Shown: piece by piece, positions 23,601-33,800 of the stretch
How positions within the stretch are numbered: position 1 is the first letter of the stretch
How the letters are laid out: every line of letters begins with the position of its first letter
Source: Catajapyx aquilonaris
Lineage: Eukaryota
Length of the DNA stretch: 40,217 nt
NCBI GenBank assembly: GCA_000934665.2
Contig: JYFJ02003567.1
Location: 1 to 40,217 of the forward strand
Reading direction: 5' to 3'
The notes under the pieces: generated by a model
The model's database searches: none
What the model was told of the DNA's origin: nothing
The model's input: the letters and a program-made list of their open reading frames with translations, nothing else
Made by a program: the position numbers and the translations under genes

Positions 23601-24989
23601 CCCTTCTGGAATGCAATAAGCAACATTCCTTCTTCCTACCCGCCGCATCCCGCCTTCTGAGTCAGAGGCGTCCTGGTCGAGGGGGGTGCAGTCGGAAGCG
23701 GCGGTTTGTGTTATTCACAAAAATGTTTTTCCAACAAATTACGTGCTTTGAAATGGTTATGTGCTTACTGTCCTTATATATGGTAGATAGCTTTGAAGCT
23801 AAATCACATTTGTGGACAATATGTTTAAAGTGTAATATTGTTCTCAGGCGACTAAACCAGCTTGTCACTTCCTGATATTGTAAATTCGAATGCACCCTTA
23901 TTACACCATTGTTCATGGGTTCAAGTGTGCGTGTTTGTGCTCTATGATGTGGATTGTGTAGTATATAATTTGCCTTGCCTGGAAACAGTGCCTGTAAGAG
24001 GCACGAACGTATTAATAATTTCGTAGAAGTTTCTTTCAGGACGGTCAAGGTAATTTTCATGTTTAAGTGACTTTCGGATGCCATAATACAATAGTGCTGC
24101 TGATATTGCGGAAGTTATATGTACCGAGTCTAGGCTACAAGTAGTATTTCCACGGATGAATGGACCGCTTAGTACCTTTATCGCTCGGTGTTGCAGTTTT
24201 GACGTTGTACAGGTTAATGCGCAATATCAAGAAACGTAGGCACATACAACTAGAAAATGACTAGAAATTATTGTATTGAAAATAATTATTACCAAGTGCA
24301 CGTTTAATTTTGGATTTTATTTAGTCAAATTCCAAAGTCAAACAACGAACATTACAAATACATTCGCTTTTTAGTACAGCTATGCCAAACGTGGATAGTG
24401 TTTAATTTGGTATAAGTTATATTTGCGTTTGATAAAATCACATTTTATGTGATTCATGCTCAGTTGTACGGTATAAGCGCAATAAGTTAAAAGACTTCCG
24501 AATTCGCATAGGTAACACTACATAATCAGAAATGTTTCTTAATTTAAGTTGCTACATGTAGGCTACAGTACAACCGTCATAACTAATTTATGCAATAATT
24601 TAGCTGTTCCTAATTATACAGCAACTCTAATGTCCTTTTCACCTAGCTATCAGCATTTTAAGGCTCTCCTATCGGTAAAAGTCATACTTATTTAGAAGTC
24701 ACACACTTTTCCTCATATTATCTTACACGAAGGACAACAAAATTTTATGATGAAATATAATCTCAATTTTTTACTATTTACTCCCCCAATTAAAATGGAT
24801 CCCGGATGGTCAATCAAAATGGTAAAAAAAAAAAGTCCGGGGACTTGTAAGCACGGGTAGAACAAGAAATTTACACTTACCGCTATACAGCATGGTACCG
24901 ATGTCCTTAGCACCCTTCTTGATAGCATCGTCTCCTTTCTTGGCCGAAGCCGTCGCCGGCCCATTTTCCACTTTTGCCACTGATGTCAT
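14876..24989 (-). CDS. Gad1: Glutamate decarboxylase (PLP-dependent, group II), complete 11-exon CDS, 1584 nt = 527 aa + stop
   Basis: Exons joined by hand: 24881-24989, 21584-21820, 17768-17965, 17419-17537, 17271-17350, 17019-17190, 16340-16407, 15599-15677, 15395-15544, 15139-15336, 14876-15049. All introns are GT-AG with matching phases. Motifs: [58 protein letters not shown] (PLP lysine), [12 protein letters not shown]-terminal [13 protein letters not shown] and NMF residues indicate GAD rather than CSAD/ADC. Confidence 0.97.
15139..15336 (-). CDS. Gad1: Gad1 coding exon 10 (GTEGYE...NVSFWYIP...RILGE)
   Basis: GCAG acceptor, GAG|GTCAGT donor, 198 nt. Confidence 0.95.
15395..15544 (-). 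CDS. Gad1: Gad1 coding exon 9 (GLLISCN...WLMWRSK)
   Basis: TTCCAG acceptor, AAG|GTACG donor, 150 nt. Confidence 0.96.
15599..15677 (-). CDS. Gad1: Gad1 coding exon 8 ([13 protein letters not shown]...HFQED; PLP lysine)
   Basis: CAG acceptor, GTGAGT donor, 79 nt. Confidence 0.96.
16340..16407 (-). CDS. Gad1: Gad1 coding exon 7 ([22 protein letters not shown])
   Basis: CAG acceptor, CG|GTGAGT donor, 68 nt; this frame is absent from the ORF track. Confidence 0.95.
16444..16966. mobile_element. TA-flanked foldback MITE in the Gad1 intron between exons 6 and 7, with central TTAGG repeats
   Basis: TA|CTATCACCCAAACAAGGATTGT...ACAATCCTTGTTTGGGCCATTG|TA; inner arms GGCTGTGTCGCAAAGGCAAGGAT / ATCCTTGCCTTTGCGACACAGCC. 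Confidence 0.8.
17019..17190 (-). CDS. Gad1: Gad1 coding exon 6 (GKMIP...WMHVD)
   Basis: TAG acceptor, GTGAGT donor, 172 nt. Confidence 0.96.
17271..17350 (-). CDS. Gad1: Gad1 coding exon 5 (SHYSIKS...VPCDE)
   Basis: TTTGCAG acceptor, AG|GTACG donor, 80 nt. Confidence 0.95.
17419..17537 (-). CDS. Gad1: Gad1 coding exon 4 (GGSISNLYA...YTSEH)
   Basis: TAG acceptor, GTAAGT donor, 119 nt. Confidence 0.95.
17768..17965 (-). CDS. Gad1: Gad1 coding exon 3 ([10 protein letters not shown]...GDSILAP)
   Basis: CAG acceptor, G|GTAGG donor, 198 nt. Confidence 0.96.
18604..18686 (-). pseudogene. tRNA-like sequence (pseudo-tRNA or SINE head) with a non-canonical anticodon arm
   Basis: Minus strand folds into an acceptor stem (CATCCTG/CGGGGTG), D-arm GCTC-AGGGGTTA-GAGC and T-arm CTGGG-TTCGAAT-CCCAG; the anticodon region is elongated. 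Confidence 0.7.
20544..20610. repeat. (AG)n microsatellite
   Basis: Direct reading. Confidence 0.97.
20952..21092. mobile_element. MITE family B, copy 1 (diverged termini)
   Basis: TTTTGGCCACTTTATCCTGGTCTTGAAGCAACCCTTC and its reverse complement. Confidence 0.85.
21146..21482. mobile_element. Foldback/MITE hairpin with arms of about 160 bp
   Basis: GCATGAGGTGCTCAC/GTGAGCACCTCATGC, GCGCTATTATGTGG/CCACATAATAGCGC, CCCAACATGG/CCATGTTGGG around a short loop near 21310. Confidence 0.85.
21584..21820 (-). CDS. Gad1: Gad1 coding exon 2 (DILP...KILDFHHP...YQVKT)
   Basis: CAG acceptor, G|GTACGT donor, 237 nt, phase 1-1. Confidence 0.95.
22545..22687. mobile_element. MITE family B, copy 2
   Basis: TA|CTATCGGGTTCAA...TTGAACCCGATAG|TA; 143 bp. 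Confidence 0.9.
23537..23577 (-). promoter_or_regulatory. Candidate TATA box + initiator in Gad1 intron 1
   Basis: TATATATAAAGG about 30 nt upstream of CCAGTC (A at 23539), followed by a GTGAGT donor at 23463-23468. Confidence 0.5.
24881..24989 (-). CDS. Gad1: Gad1 coding exon 1 ([10 protein letters not shown]...GTMLYS)
   Basis: CAACATG start with an upstream in-frame TAG; donor G|GTAAGT; phase 1 joins to AC of exon 2 to give Asp in 'LYSDILP'. Confidence 0.85.
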
Positions 24990-25290
24990 GTTGTCTGGGT
25001 TGGACTTCTTCTATACCCGCGCCCCTTCGCTGCTTTGCGGAGTTGCCTACGCTTCAAGCTTCTGGTAGCTGAGGAGCAGATCCGGAATGTGTGATGTTGG
25101 TGGCCGGCCTTTCAAGCCAAGTCTAGCAAGACGAGGGGGCGTCCTGGGCGGGGCTACCACCTGATAGACCACCCCCACAATCTCCCACCCCCACCCCTAT
25201 CTTCCCATCCCACCACCACTACCACCTCCACACTACACCCACACCCACTACCACCCCCTACTCTTTCGGAAAAGGTCAAAGGGGAGAGTG

Positions 25291-25298
25291 TGACGTCA
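25291..25298. promoter_or_regulatory. Perfect CRE (TGACGTCA) about 300 bp upstream of the Gad1 ATG
   Basis: Exact palindrome match; function untested. Confidence 0.4.
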
Positions 25299-26570
25299 AA
25301 CCTAGAATCTGGTGCTTTCAAGGCGTAGGCGGTTTTTTGCACCCCCCTTCCCAACACCAGTTTGCTCTCCAGTAGTTGTTGATAACTACTTTGATCTGGT
25401 AGTTGCCTTTTAAAAACTTACGCCCACTATCTGAAAGGCCGGTGTAATTTAACGAGGGGGGTTCCCTCTCAGTAATGGGGTCAGGCATAGGTAAGGCTGC
25501 TCACCCCTACCATGGTCGGGCCCTACCCGAATCGACCCGGTGACACGTGACCTACCATGGGCCAATCCCATAGTCCGGGAGGCGTCCATGTTGAGGGGGT
25601 ATCGCTACCCTCTGATGTACCCCACCCATCCTTACCCCCTGGGGACTTTTCGGCTTGGTCTAACCACCCACACCCATACAACTTTAGCTGTATCGCACCA
25701 TATAGTGTTTTTTTTTTTCTTTCAAATTTTTATGGTCTGGATGATGATCCTTGGAAGAAGGGCGAGTTATGAAGCTGTAGAAGCCAGCTGCAAAGCCGAT
25801 TCAAATGCGTCCGTTTTCCATAACTGTGGGAAACTATGTGTAACATGCGGTTGACATTTCTGGTTCGGAATGTTGGTCGTTTCAGATCATATGAGCTATC
25901 CAAAATTGCAGCACATCTTTCATTCTGGTTCCTAAGCGTAGTCCACCAATGACATTTTTTGGATGCCGAGCTAGGAAACTAGAGTGCTGTCATCACGTTT
26001 GTGTTACAGCAATTCTGGCCCAATGCGTTTGGAAGCTTCCACAGGCTTCCACATTGATTTTGAGCAGATTTAAACTGCAACCGCCAGAGGAGGCTATAGT
26101 TACAGTGGATTTGGGATGACAGTATACCTATACGTCATAAGATAATTCTCAAATATTTATGTGTACTACTTATGGGTAATCATTTTGTACCTGAATTGCG
26201 ACACGTCCCAACTCATCACTTTTCCAGACAGGCAAAAAGCTGCATAAATTCTTATTAAAACATTCAAATGAAGAATATATGTGGATGAAATATATTACTT
26301 CCTGATATCCCAATTCAATTTGCCTTGTGAATATCGTGACGAAGATGTACCCGCGAGCATAAAGATAGAGACGGAAAGCTCTCACCTTCGGCAGGCTGCT
26401 CTGCCAATCTCAGCTATTACGGTATCAAATATACTTACATAGTTACATAAATACCCGAACACACGCATGAAGCAGCTAACTCGGTCCAAAAAGAGTTCAT
26501 TAATTTGAGTCGGATAAAGAAAGGTCAAAAAAGGGCCTGCCGTCTCCATCTTTATGCTCGCGGGGGTATA

Positions 26571-27034
26571 CTATCGGGTTCAAATACATTTGGTCACTTT
26601 ATCCTGGTCTTGAAGCAACCCTTCGCACAAACCCCACGTTAAGGAGGTGTGTTCAGGTCTCGCATAGGGTCTGGGGACTAAGGTTGGTGTTTTGACTGTA
26701 GCTCTGGGGACATGCTCCAAATTGTGGGGACATTTCGCGTCCCCACAGCAAAAACGCATGGTGGGATACTGCTTCAGTGGGGACATGTCCCCACAATTCC
26801 GTTATGTAGGGTTTTGCAAAAGTCCATTTTTCTCAGCCTAGGATAGGTATAGGGTAGGGTGGGTTAGGTTACGGTAGGTTAGGTTAGGTTAGGTTAGGTT
26901 AGATCAGTTTACACTCGCTTCGAAAATGTGTGTTTTTCTTGCCCCCACAGCCTATGGGGCGTAGGAATGTGTGTGTGTGTGAAGGGTTGCTTCAAGACCA
27001 GGATAAAGTTGCCAAAAGTATTTGAACCCGATAG
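26571..27034. mobile_element. MITE family B, copy 3, with a nested insertion of about 315 bp
   Basis: Same TIRs and TA flanks as copy 2; extra segment at about 26653-26967 containing (TTAGG)n. Confidence 0.9.
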
Positions 27035-27230
27035 TACAGGGTCCTGTAAAAGTAATTGTAGTTAGGATAAGTGGCCAATCATACAGCAGTTCTTTTCAAA
27101 ATCATATTTATGGGGGATGGAAATATCTCATCGTGGAGTTTCAAACAGTACGAACTGCAAAGGATAATGTGCAGAACATCTGTTTAATCAAGTTTCATTT
27201 TAATTCACAAAATATTACCCATTTCGAAGT

Positions 27231-27522
27231 TAAGGTCCCGGGTTCAATCCCCACCCGGGGTTCCCACTTTCTTTCGTGCAGAGTTGGGCCATCTTTGGCT
27301 TCGTTTCGGGTGGCAATTTCCGGCAGACTAAGCCACCCGGGGGAGTTCACAAAATGACGATTAGAGACATTGCACTTGCACTTTGCACATCCCCTCCCAC
27401 CCACCCTTGGAGCATACTAATTAAGATTATTCTTAAACACGCTCCAAAACAAATTCCAAAGGTGGCAACCCACCCCCCCTAAGGAGTAGTATAACTCCCC
27501 CCGTGGGGTAATGAAAAAAAAA
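27231..27522 (+). mobile_element. 5'-truncated SINE related to family A
   Basis: AAGGTCCCGGGTTCAATCCC B-box; shared GACATTGCACTTGCAC core; GGGGTAA plus A-rich 3' end. Confidence 0.65.
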
Positions 27523-27923
27523 TACCCATTTCAAATATTCTGAAATTTTACATTATTTTATCCTGATTTATTCTGGTTTGCATCTCCTTTGACAGAGTCT
27601 GCTTCATTTTCATCAAAAAAGTTTCTGCCAGACTTATACTGGGGCGACCGAACCATCAGCACTCGCACAAGGTAAAGTCTTTGGGGATAAAACGCAAAGG
27701 TACTGGACGTTACAGCTAGTATACCAGGATACGTATTTCCAGAACATTTTAAAATAGAAAGATCTTGCTAACTATACTCTTTCAACACTTTCAATATTTC
27801 ATTCCAAAATTCACCAGTTTGCCACGGTTCGAAAAAAAGGTCATTCCGATTTATATTGCCTTAAAAGTTAACCTTGAGGAGTTTGATTATAGTTGTAAAT
27901 TCAGCTATTCAATTACCTAATCA

Positions 27924-27958
27924 CATTCATTCATTCATTCATTCATTCATTCATTCAT
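27924..27958. repeat. (CATT)n microsatellite
   Basis: Direct reading. Confidence 0.95.
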
Positions 27959-28375
27959 TACCCCGTTACAGGCCTATGTAATCAATTCAAATATAACCAC
28001 TCCAGTACACAGGAGTATTTTCAGTGACGAAAGACATGGAGGTAATTTGCCATTTGTAGGTAACCATATTAGGCCTAAATTAAATCATCTGATAATCACT
28101 TCAGAATAATTATCATTCTCTCTCGCTTTTATGAGCTTCACAGCTATGACAGTTCAACTGTCCGAAATAATCTCTAGCTAGTATATTAAATTAAATATTC
28201 TATAAGAGTACGGTAAGTTATAGGCCCTATTGTGTAGCTTGCGTAACCTTTCTGTACTTGTTATCATGTGTTGTGGACAATTTGTACTGTACAGTACAAT
28301 AATTTATTATGTCCTCTGTCTATATGACTTCTTTTCGTACGACCTATTACAAATAAAGATAATTTTATTGTAATA

Positions 28376-29042
28376 CAGGGTCACCTAAAAAGAATGTCCA
28401 AATTTAAAAACCTTAAACTCGAATACTTGTAGACATCTAAATTATTTAAGTTTGAAATGCTAAGAAATGTATGAAGTTTTAATATACCTTTGCTTGTTTC
28501 GATATGAGCTCCATTTGTCGCTCGGCAGATAAAAAAAGACGTCTTGTGCCAAACTTGCACAATCATATCTGGAGTTACCATTGCGATCCTATCTCGCAGG
28601 CGCTGGATATCCCGGATCTTTACTACTTTACACCACACACATTGTTCTTGATGATACACATAAAATGTCGCCTCATCAATGAAACAAACCTGACGGCATA
28701 GAAAAGTTTCATTTGTTTAGTCTCCCAGTGTGCGAAGTCTTGAATGAGAAACTTCCCAATGCCTAGCCCCTCCAGAAGCCCTGATTTTACCTCGGTGAAC
28801 TTTTTTGTGGAGATACGTGTATGGTGAGAAGATCCGGCACATGTCTGGGCGAGTTAGGCACGACACCGATTACCGTATTTACATTTTTCAAGCAACAAAT
28901 GGAGTTCACATCGAAACAAACTTAGGGGAGAACAAAACATTTGACATTCCTTAGCATTTCAAAACTTAAATAATTCAGATATGTCTAAAAGTTTTCGAGT
29001 TATAGGGTTTTAAAATGGGGACATTCTTTTTAGATGACCCTG
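28376..29042. mobile_element. Tc1/mariner-superfamily deletion derivative with long inverted arms and transposase C-terminal remnants
   Basis: TA|CAGGGTCACCTAAAAAGAATGTCC...GGACATTCTTTTTAGATGACCCTG|TA; minus-strand LRDRI..VTPDM..VW...ICRATNGAHIE and plus-strand degenerate RSPDxTxxxFF motif. Confidence 0.88.
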
Positions 29043-29220
29043 TATTCAGAGATAATTCTTATACTGGGTAGTGCAGCCTGTGACAAATTATTTAAGACTG
29101 CAATGCACATGGTTACAAAAAAGAAAAGTGTCTTGTGAAAAAAAACATAAGCAACGGGTAGATACGTATATAGCCTATACATTAAGTTTGATTATCGCAT
29201 TTTACACTTGAATTCAAATA

Positions 29221-29621
29221 CAGGGTTGTCACGAATTCGTCTGCCAAATTATACGGGTGGTAGCGGGTGAGCATGGAAGAAGCATGGTATGGCCTGGCAT
29301 GGTATGGTAAAGGCCGGCGACGACGTTGACGTGGACGATGTCCATCCTGACAAGAGTATATGGATACCCCCGTGCTCCCTGCATCGCTGGTTGCCGGGGT
29401 CAGGCAATGTAATGGTAGAAGTGCGAGCGCTTGGAACCGGCAACCAGCAATGCAGGCATGTACGGGGGTTTCCATACTTGTCAGGCTGGACATCGACGAT
29501 GTCAAAGGTCGGCATCTCTTAGACGTAGCCTCGACGGCCTTTCGGGCCCATGCCATTCCTTTACCATACGCACCCCCATACCACCCATATCATTTTGGAA
29601 GACGAATTCGTGACCATCCTG
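29221..29621. mobile_element. TA-flanked MITE, palindromic along most of its length
   Basis: TA|CAGGGTTGTCACGAATTCGTCT...AGACGAATTCGTGACCATCCTG|TA; inner arms GCTGGTTGCCGG/CCGGCAACCAGC. Confidence 0.88.
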
Positions 29622-29748
29622 TATATTTGAATGGGTGGCAATAACATACTGCATAAAATCCACACCTGCTCTTATTATGAGGAAAGACTGTTTATAAGGG
29701 GTGGGATTTATCATATTGTACAATGTTGGACATTAATCGAGCGACATT

Positions 29749-30059
29749 AGAGGTGTGGTGGCCGATATGGTACCGTCTCGGCTTGCTGAGTGAAAGGTCC
29801 CAGGTTCGATTCCCGCCTGGGAGTTCCCATTCACCAGCACCTTGGAAGTATCTGGCAACCTAACCTACTGGGGGACTGCACAAGACCCACAATGACAACG
29901 CACTTGCACCCGGTCCCCTCCCCAAAAATCCCTATCCTTACCCAACGTCCTTGATTCCCTGCACCGGTGTTCGAAGAGAAAAATGGAAAATAATACAGAA
30001 AATATAAGAGCCAATGGCTGTAGCACGGGGTAGCAAAAATAAAATAAAATAAATAAAAA
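29749..30059 (+). mobile_element. tRNA-derived SINE, family A, full-length with (AAAAT)n tail
   Basis: A box TGGCCGATATGG, B box GGTTCGATTCC, body shared with 271-590, A-rich tail. Confidence 0.85.
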
Positions 30060-30593
30060 TATTGTTGCTGGGGGTACTCAGGAGAACGGGATCACCATAT
30101 TATTTTCTTTTGGTCAGTCAATCCAAGCGAATTCCTCGGAAGATTGTGTGGTACTAACAAAAAAGGTTTACAAGAAAAGCTGAAACAGGATAACATTTTT
30201 GCCGTTCACGAAGCCCGAATTTTAGGAAAAAGTGTGATGCTAACATTCCCCCCCCCCCCNNNNNNNCCCCCCCCCCCCTCTCCCAGTTATAGCATAAAAC
30301 TCATACCCAATGGATGGCTCTCAAAGTTTGTCTAATGCCCGTCACCTAAAAGGGTCAAGTGTTACCCACATGGTTATCTGCCATGGTTATCATTGGTTAC
30401 CCGCATTTTTATCTGCCGGAGCCCATCGTGAAGGTGATAGCATAAGTTATTACCTCAAAAAATTACTATAGACAATCGTGTAAATTATTGTATAAATCTG
30501 ACAGTTTCACAAGTATTGCACGTGATTACAGTTGGTTCATATGAATTAAGGGACCATCTTAGACAGAAGCAACACTGTATGCAAGGGTTTTTA

Positions 30594-30887
30594 CAGTCGA
30601 CCCCCGGTATTTCGCGTGAAAATTTTAAACATTGATATAAAATTATATTATTTTCACAAATTCAACACGAATTTTTTGTGTAGATATATTCTTATTACAC
30701 TCTAAGTTTATAATAGTTTAATTTTAATGATTTGTGTTGATATCCTAATGTGCATAATTCATCAATCAAACATATAACCTAATAGGTAAGTACGTATTTA
30801 AAATTTTAAACACATATATTTTATTGGACTGGGGTTATCCACGGGGTGATTGGAGCCAATCACTGCCGATAACCACCCGGCAGACTA
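30594..30887. mobile_element. Degenerate pogo/Tigger-like MITE
   Basis: TA|CAGTCGACCCCCGGTATTTCGCG left end; weak right end CCGATAACCACCCGGCAGACTA|TA. Confidence 0.4.
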
Positions 30888-33800
30888 TATTCTTTTCACG
30901 CTAACGTAAGCTTGCCTCCTTGTTGACAAGCTTCGTCTTATATACGGTAGGTGGCTTATCTTTGTGTCGAAACCATTACGGCTACAAGAGCAGGCATATT
31001 CCTCTAAATTTATATAGGCTATTAGGCTAAGTTTATTTTCTTGATTTTCCTAAGCACTGTTTGCAATAATAATGAATTAAAATTCAATTGTGATAATTAA
31101 AACAATAAATATGTACTTGTTAATTACAACATCATAAAACAGGTGCAATATAAATTAATAACTCACCTATGTACCTTTCATTTCCAAGAGGAGTCATATG
31201 CACATCTTCCCACTCTCAAACTACCTAGCAACTTGTATTTGCCAATGACAAAGTCACACTCAAAATATTTTTAACTTGTTTAGACGTTCCTAGTATCTGT
31301 TGAGATCTGATGGAACAAGAACATCTACGTTTTTCCGTGATAAATTTATCGCATATCAAGAAGGTAGGCCTGTATCAATGAAGTTGGGTAGATTTGCCCT
31401 AAAACAAATGCTTCAATCGACATGATGTTATGTGCAATAGTCGATAAACTATGTGCTGTCATGATTCTATGCAATTTTTAGAGGAATTCTTGAAACAATT
31501 CTATTCTTGATATACTGGTGATAGAGTGCATTCTATAGAATGAACTTATTAATGTGCCTGGAGAGAAGCTGATTCTCCTACAATAATTTGCTTATATCGG
31601 TAGGCCTGTATCCTTAAAAATGTTTAGCCTTATCATTCTCATATACTGTATAACTATGATACATAACGCCTTAATCCAACGTCTTCCAAATGTCCTTTTG
31701 GTGTGTATGGTGACAAGTAATCCGATGGTTTCTGGGTGGAGTTATTTTCAGCCATGGTACGGTACCTGCTGTTTAGGGAAATTGGCATGGTGAGTACTTC
31801 GACCAGTTAAAATGTGTCTCTGTTGTTTTAAGAAGGTAGATAAATTTTAAAAGTGCAATAAAATTGAGCTTAACTGGCCGTTTGGAATGCCAATCGCGTG
31901 AGACATTTGTGGACTCTAATGGTACAGTACGTATATATTTCAGGCAGTTTGTAGAGTGGTGGAATGTGATATAGGCTACGGTACCTGTGAAAAAATGGCG
32001 GCCCCCTTTCCGATAATTATGCATAGATATTGTGTTACTTGATAGTGTGCATCAAAAAGACAAAACACACCAAAATGTCTCAGAAAAACCAGAAATTACT
32101 TTATATGGTCATGTAACGTATCTCACAGTAACGTGTATCCGAGTTGTCTACAAAATTCCAGATGTCAATATTGGCCTTTCCTCCCTGGGTGCTTCTGTCA
32201 TACTGTTCTTTATCGTCCTGCAATTTTTACCCCTCTAGCAGACACATGGCTACGAGATACAAAGGCAAATTCATATTACGCCTTATTTATCTGATAAATT
32301 TCGCGATCCATTTGTCCCTTTGATGCAGCACTACTCAAATTACAGTTCTCTATTCCTCCTTGGTGCATATATCTGAAATGGAGTAGCCATAATGCTCACA
32401 GATACTGTCTGGCTCACACACCACTGTGGAGAAACTGTCAAAAGTTATAGGCATATTCACAATACAAGTCACAATACGAGAGATTTTTTAACATTATTGC
32501 AATTTTTACTTATTATTTGATCAGTATGAAACATTACAGCCATGAACGCTAAATATGTTAACACCTTGCAACTCTGGATATACTGTAACTTATGTTTTGA
32601 AGAATATGCATATTTTAACATTTTTACTTATACGTATTTAGCTATTTAATAAGATTGATGATTTTACAATATGAAGCTTATCCCTGGCCTCACCTTTTTT
32701 CGGCTTACTTAGGGAGACTCCCCAAATACTGTATAACATTATACTGATTATACTGTAGTATAACTCCTATACATACGGTGGATACATGCTTCAGGTAAAG
32801 TACCGCACCGTACGTACTCAAGTTTGCTAAATACCGGAAATGTGTTGGAAATAAATACTAATCCCAGGCATTTTTCTGGTTTTTACTGTCACTAGGGTGT
32901 TACCGTGATTTTGTGGGTGTCACCTTTCTTTTTCTGACGACTGCGGCGGAGAACCATTGATTTAGTTTTGAAAACACTAATCTTGTGGTTGATTTAGTGC
33001 ATATAAGATTAGGTATTGGTGAACATACCGTAATCTCTTGTAAACAGTCATGTATATGAAAAGGAAAATTAATGGGTGCAATATTTACGTGGGTTTCCTC
33101 ATTCGGAATCCTTACTATCACGAAGTTGGATATATAGGTTAGCCTTATACTGTGTGGTACCGGTACCTGATTATGTACGACTACATCGACCACTCTCGCA
33201 GCCAAATCTAAGGCTTTATATTTTCGTGACGAGATTGATGACCCATAACTGACAAAAGTTTTCTGGGGTGGTGAAACAAGTGTTACTCTGCACAAGGCAT
33301 GGATGCTCCAAGATGTCCAAGTTGAACTGTTACATACTCCGCGTATGAATTACCGTTTCTCGCAATGTCGTACATAATAATTCTCCTACAGTTCAAGAGT
33401 ATCATCTTTGAGCACCCTCCACACATACCAGACAATTTTCCAGACGTACGCATCACCGAGTGATTTTCACTTGCTTCACCATCTGAGAAAAAGAACTTTG
33501 ACAGAGTCAAGGAAGTGAAGAAGAAACCAAATATAGCATTAGGCTTGACCAGCATAATTTTAAAAGACGGACCAGAACTCCTCATATACTTCCCATGTCT
33601 GAAATGGCCTGCAAAAGAAATCAAAAACTCAAGTACAAACGGTCTAGGAAAACTTAGCTCAAATTTTCTATTTCACGCACAATGCATAATCTTAGTTAAT
33701 GTGAAGTGATACGTATAGTACACATACTAGCTGTCAATAAAAGAAAAGCTGGCCAAACGTGTGAATCGCGTTGTGCAACACTCACAACTCGCCCAGGGAG

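Noticed and set aside
32900..33709. Adjacent 131-aa and 113-aa minus-strand ORFs
   Set aside because: No recognisable motifs, and I could not build a consistent spliced CDS.
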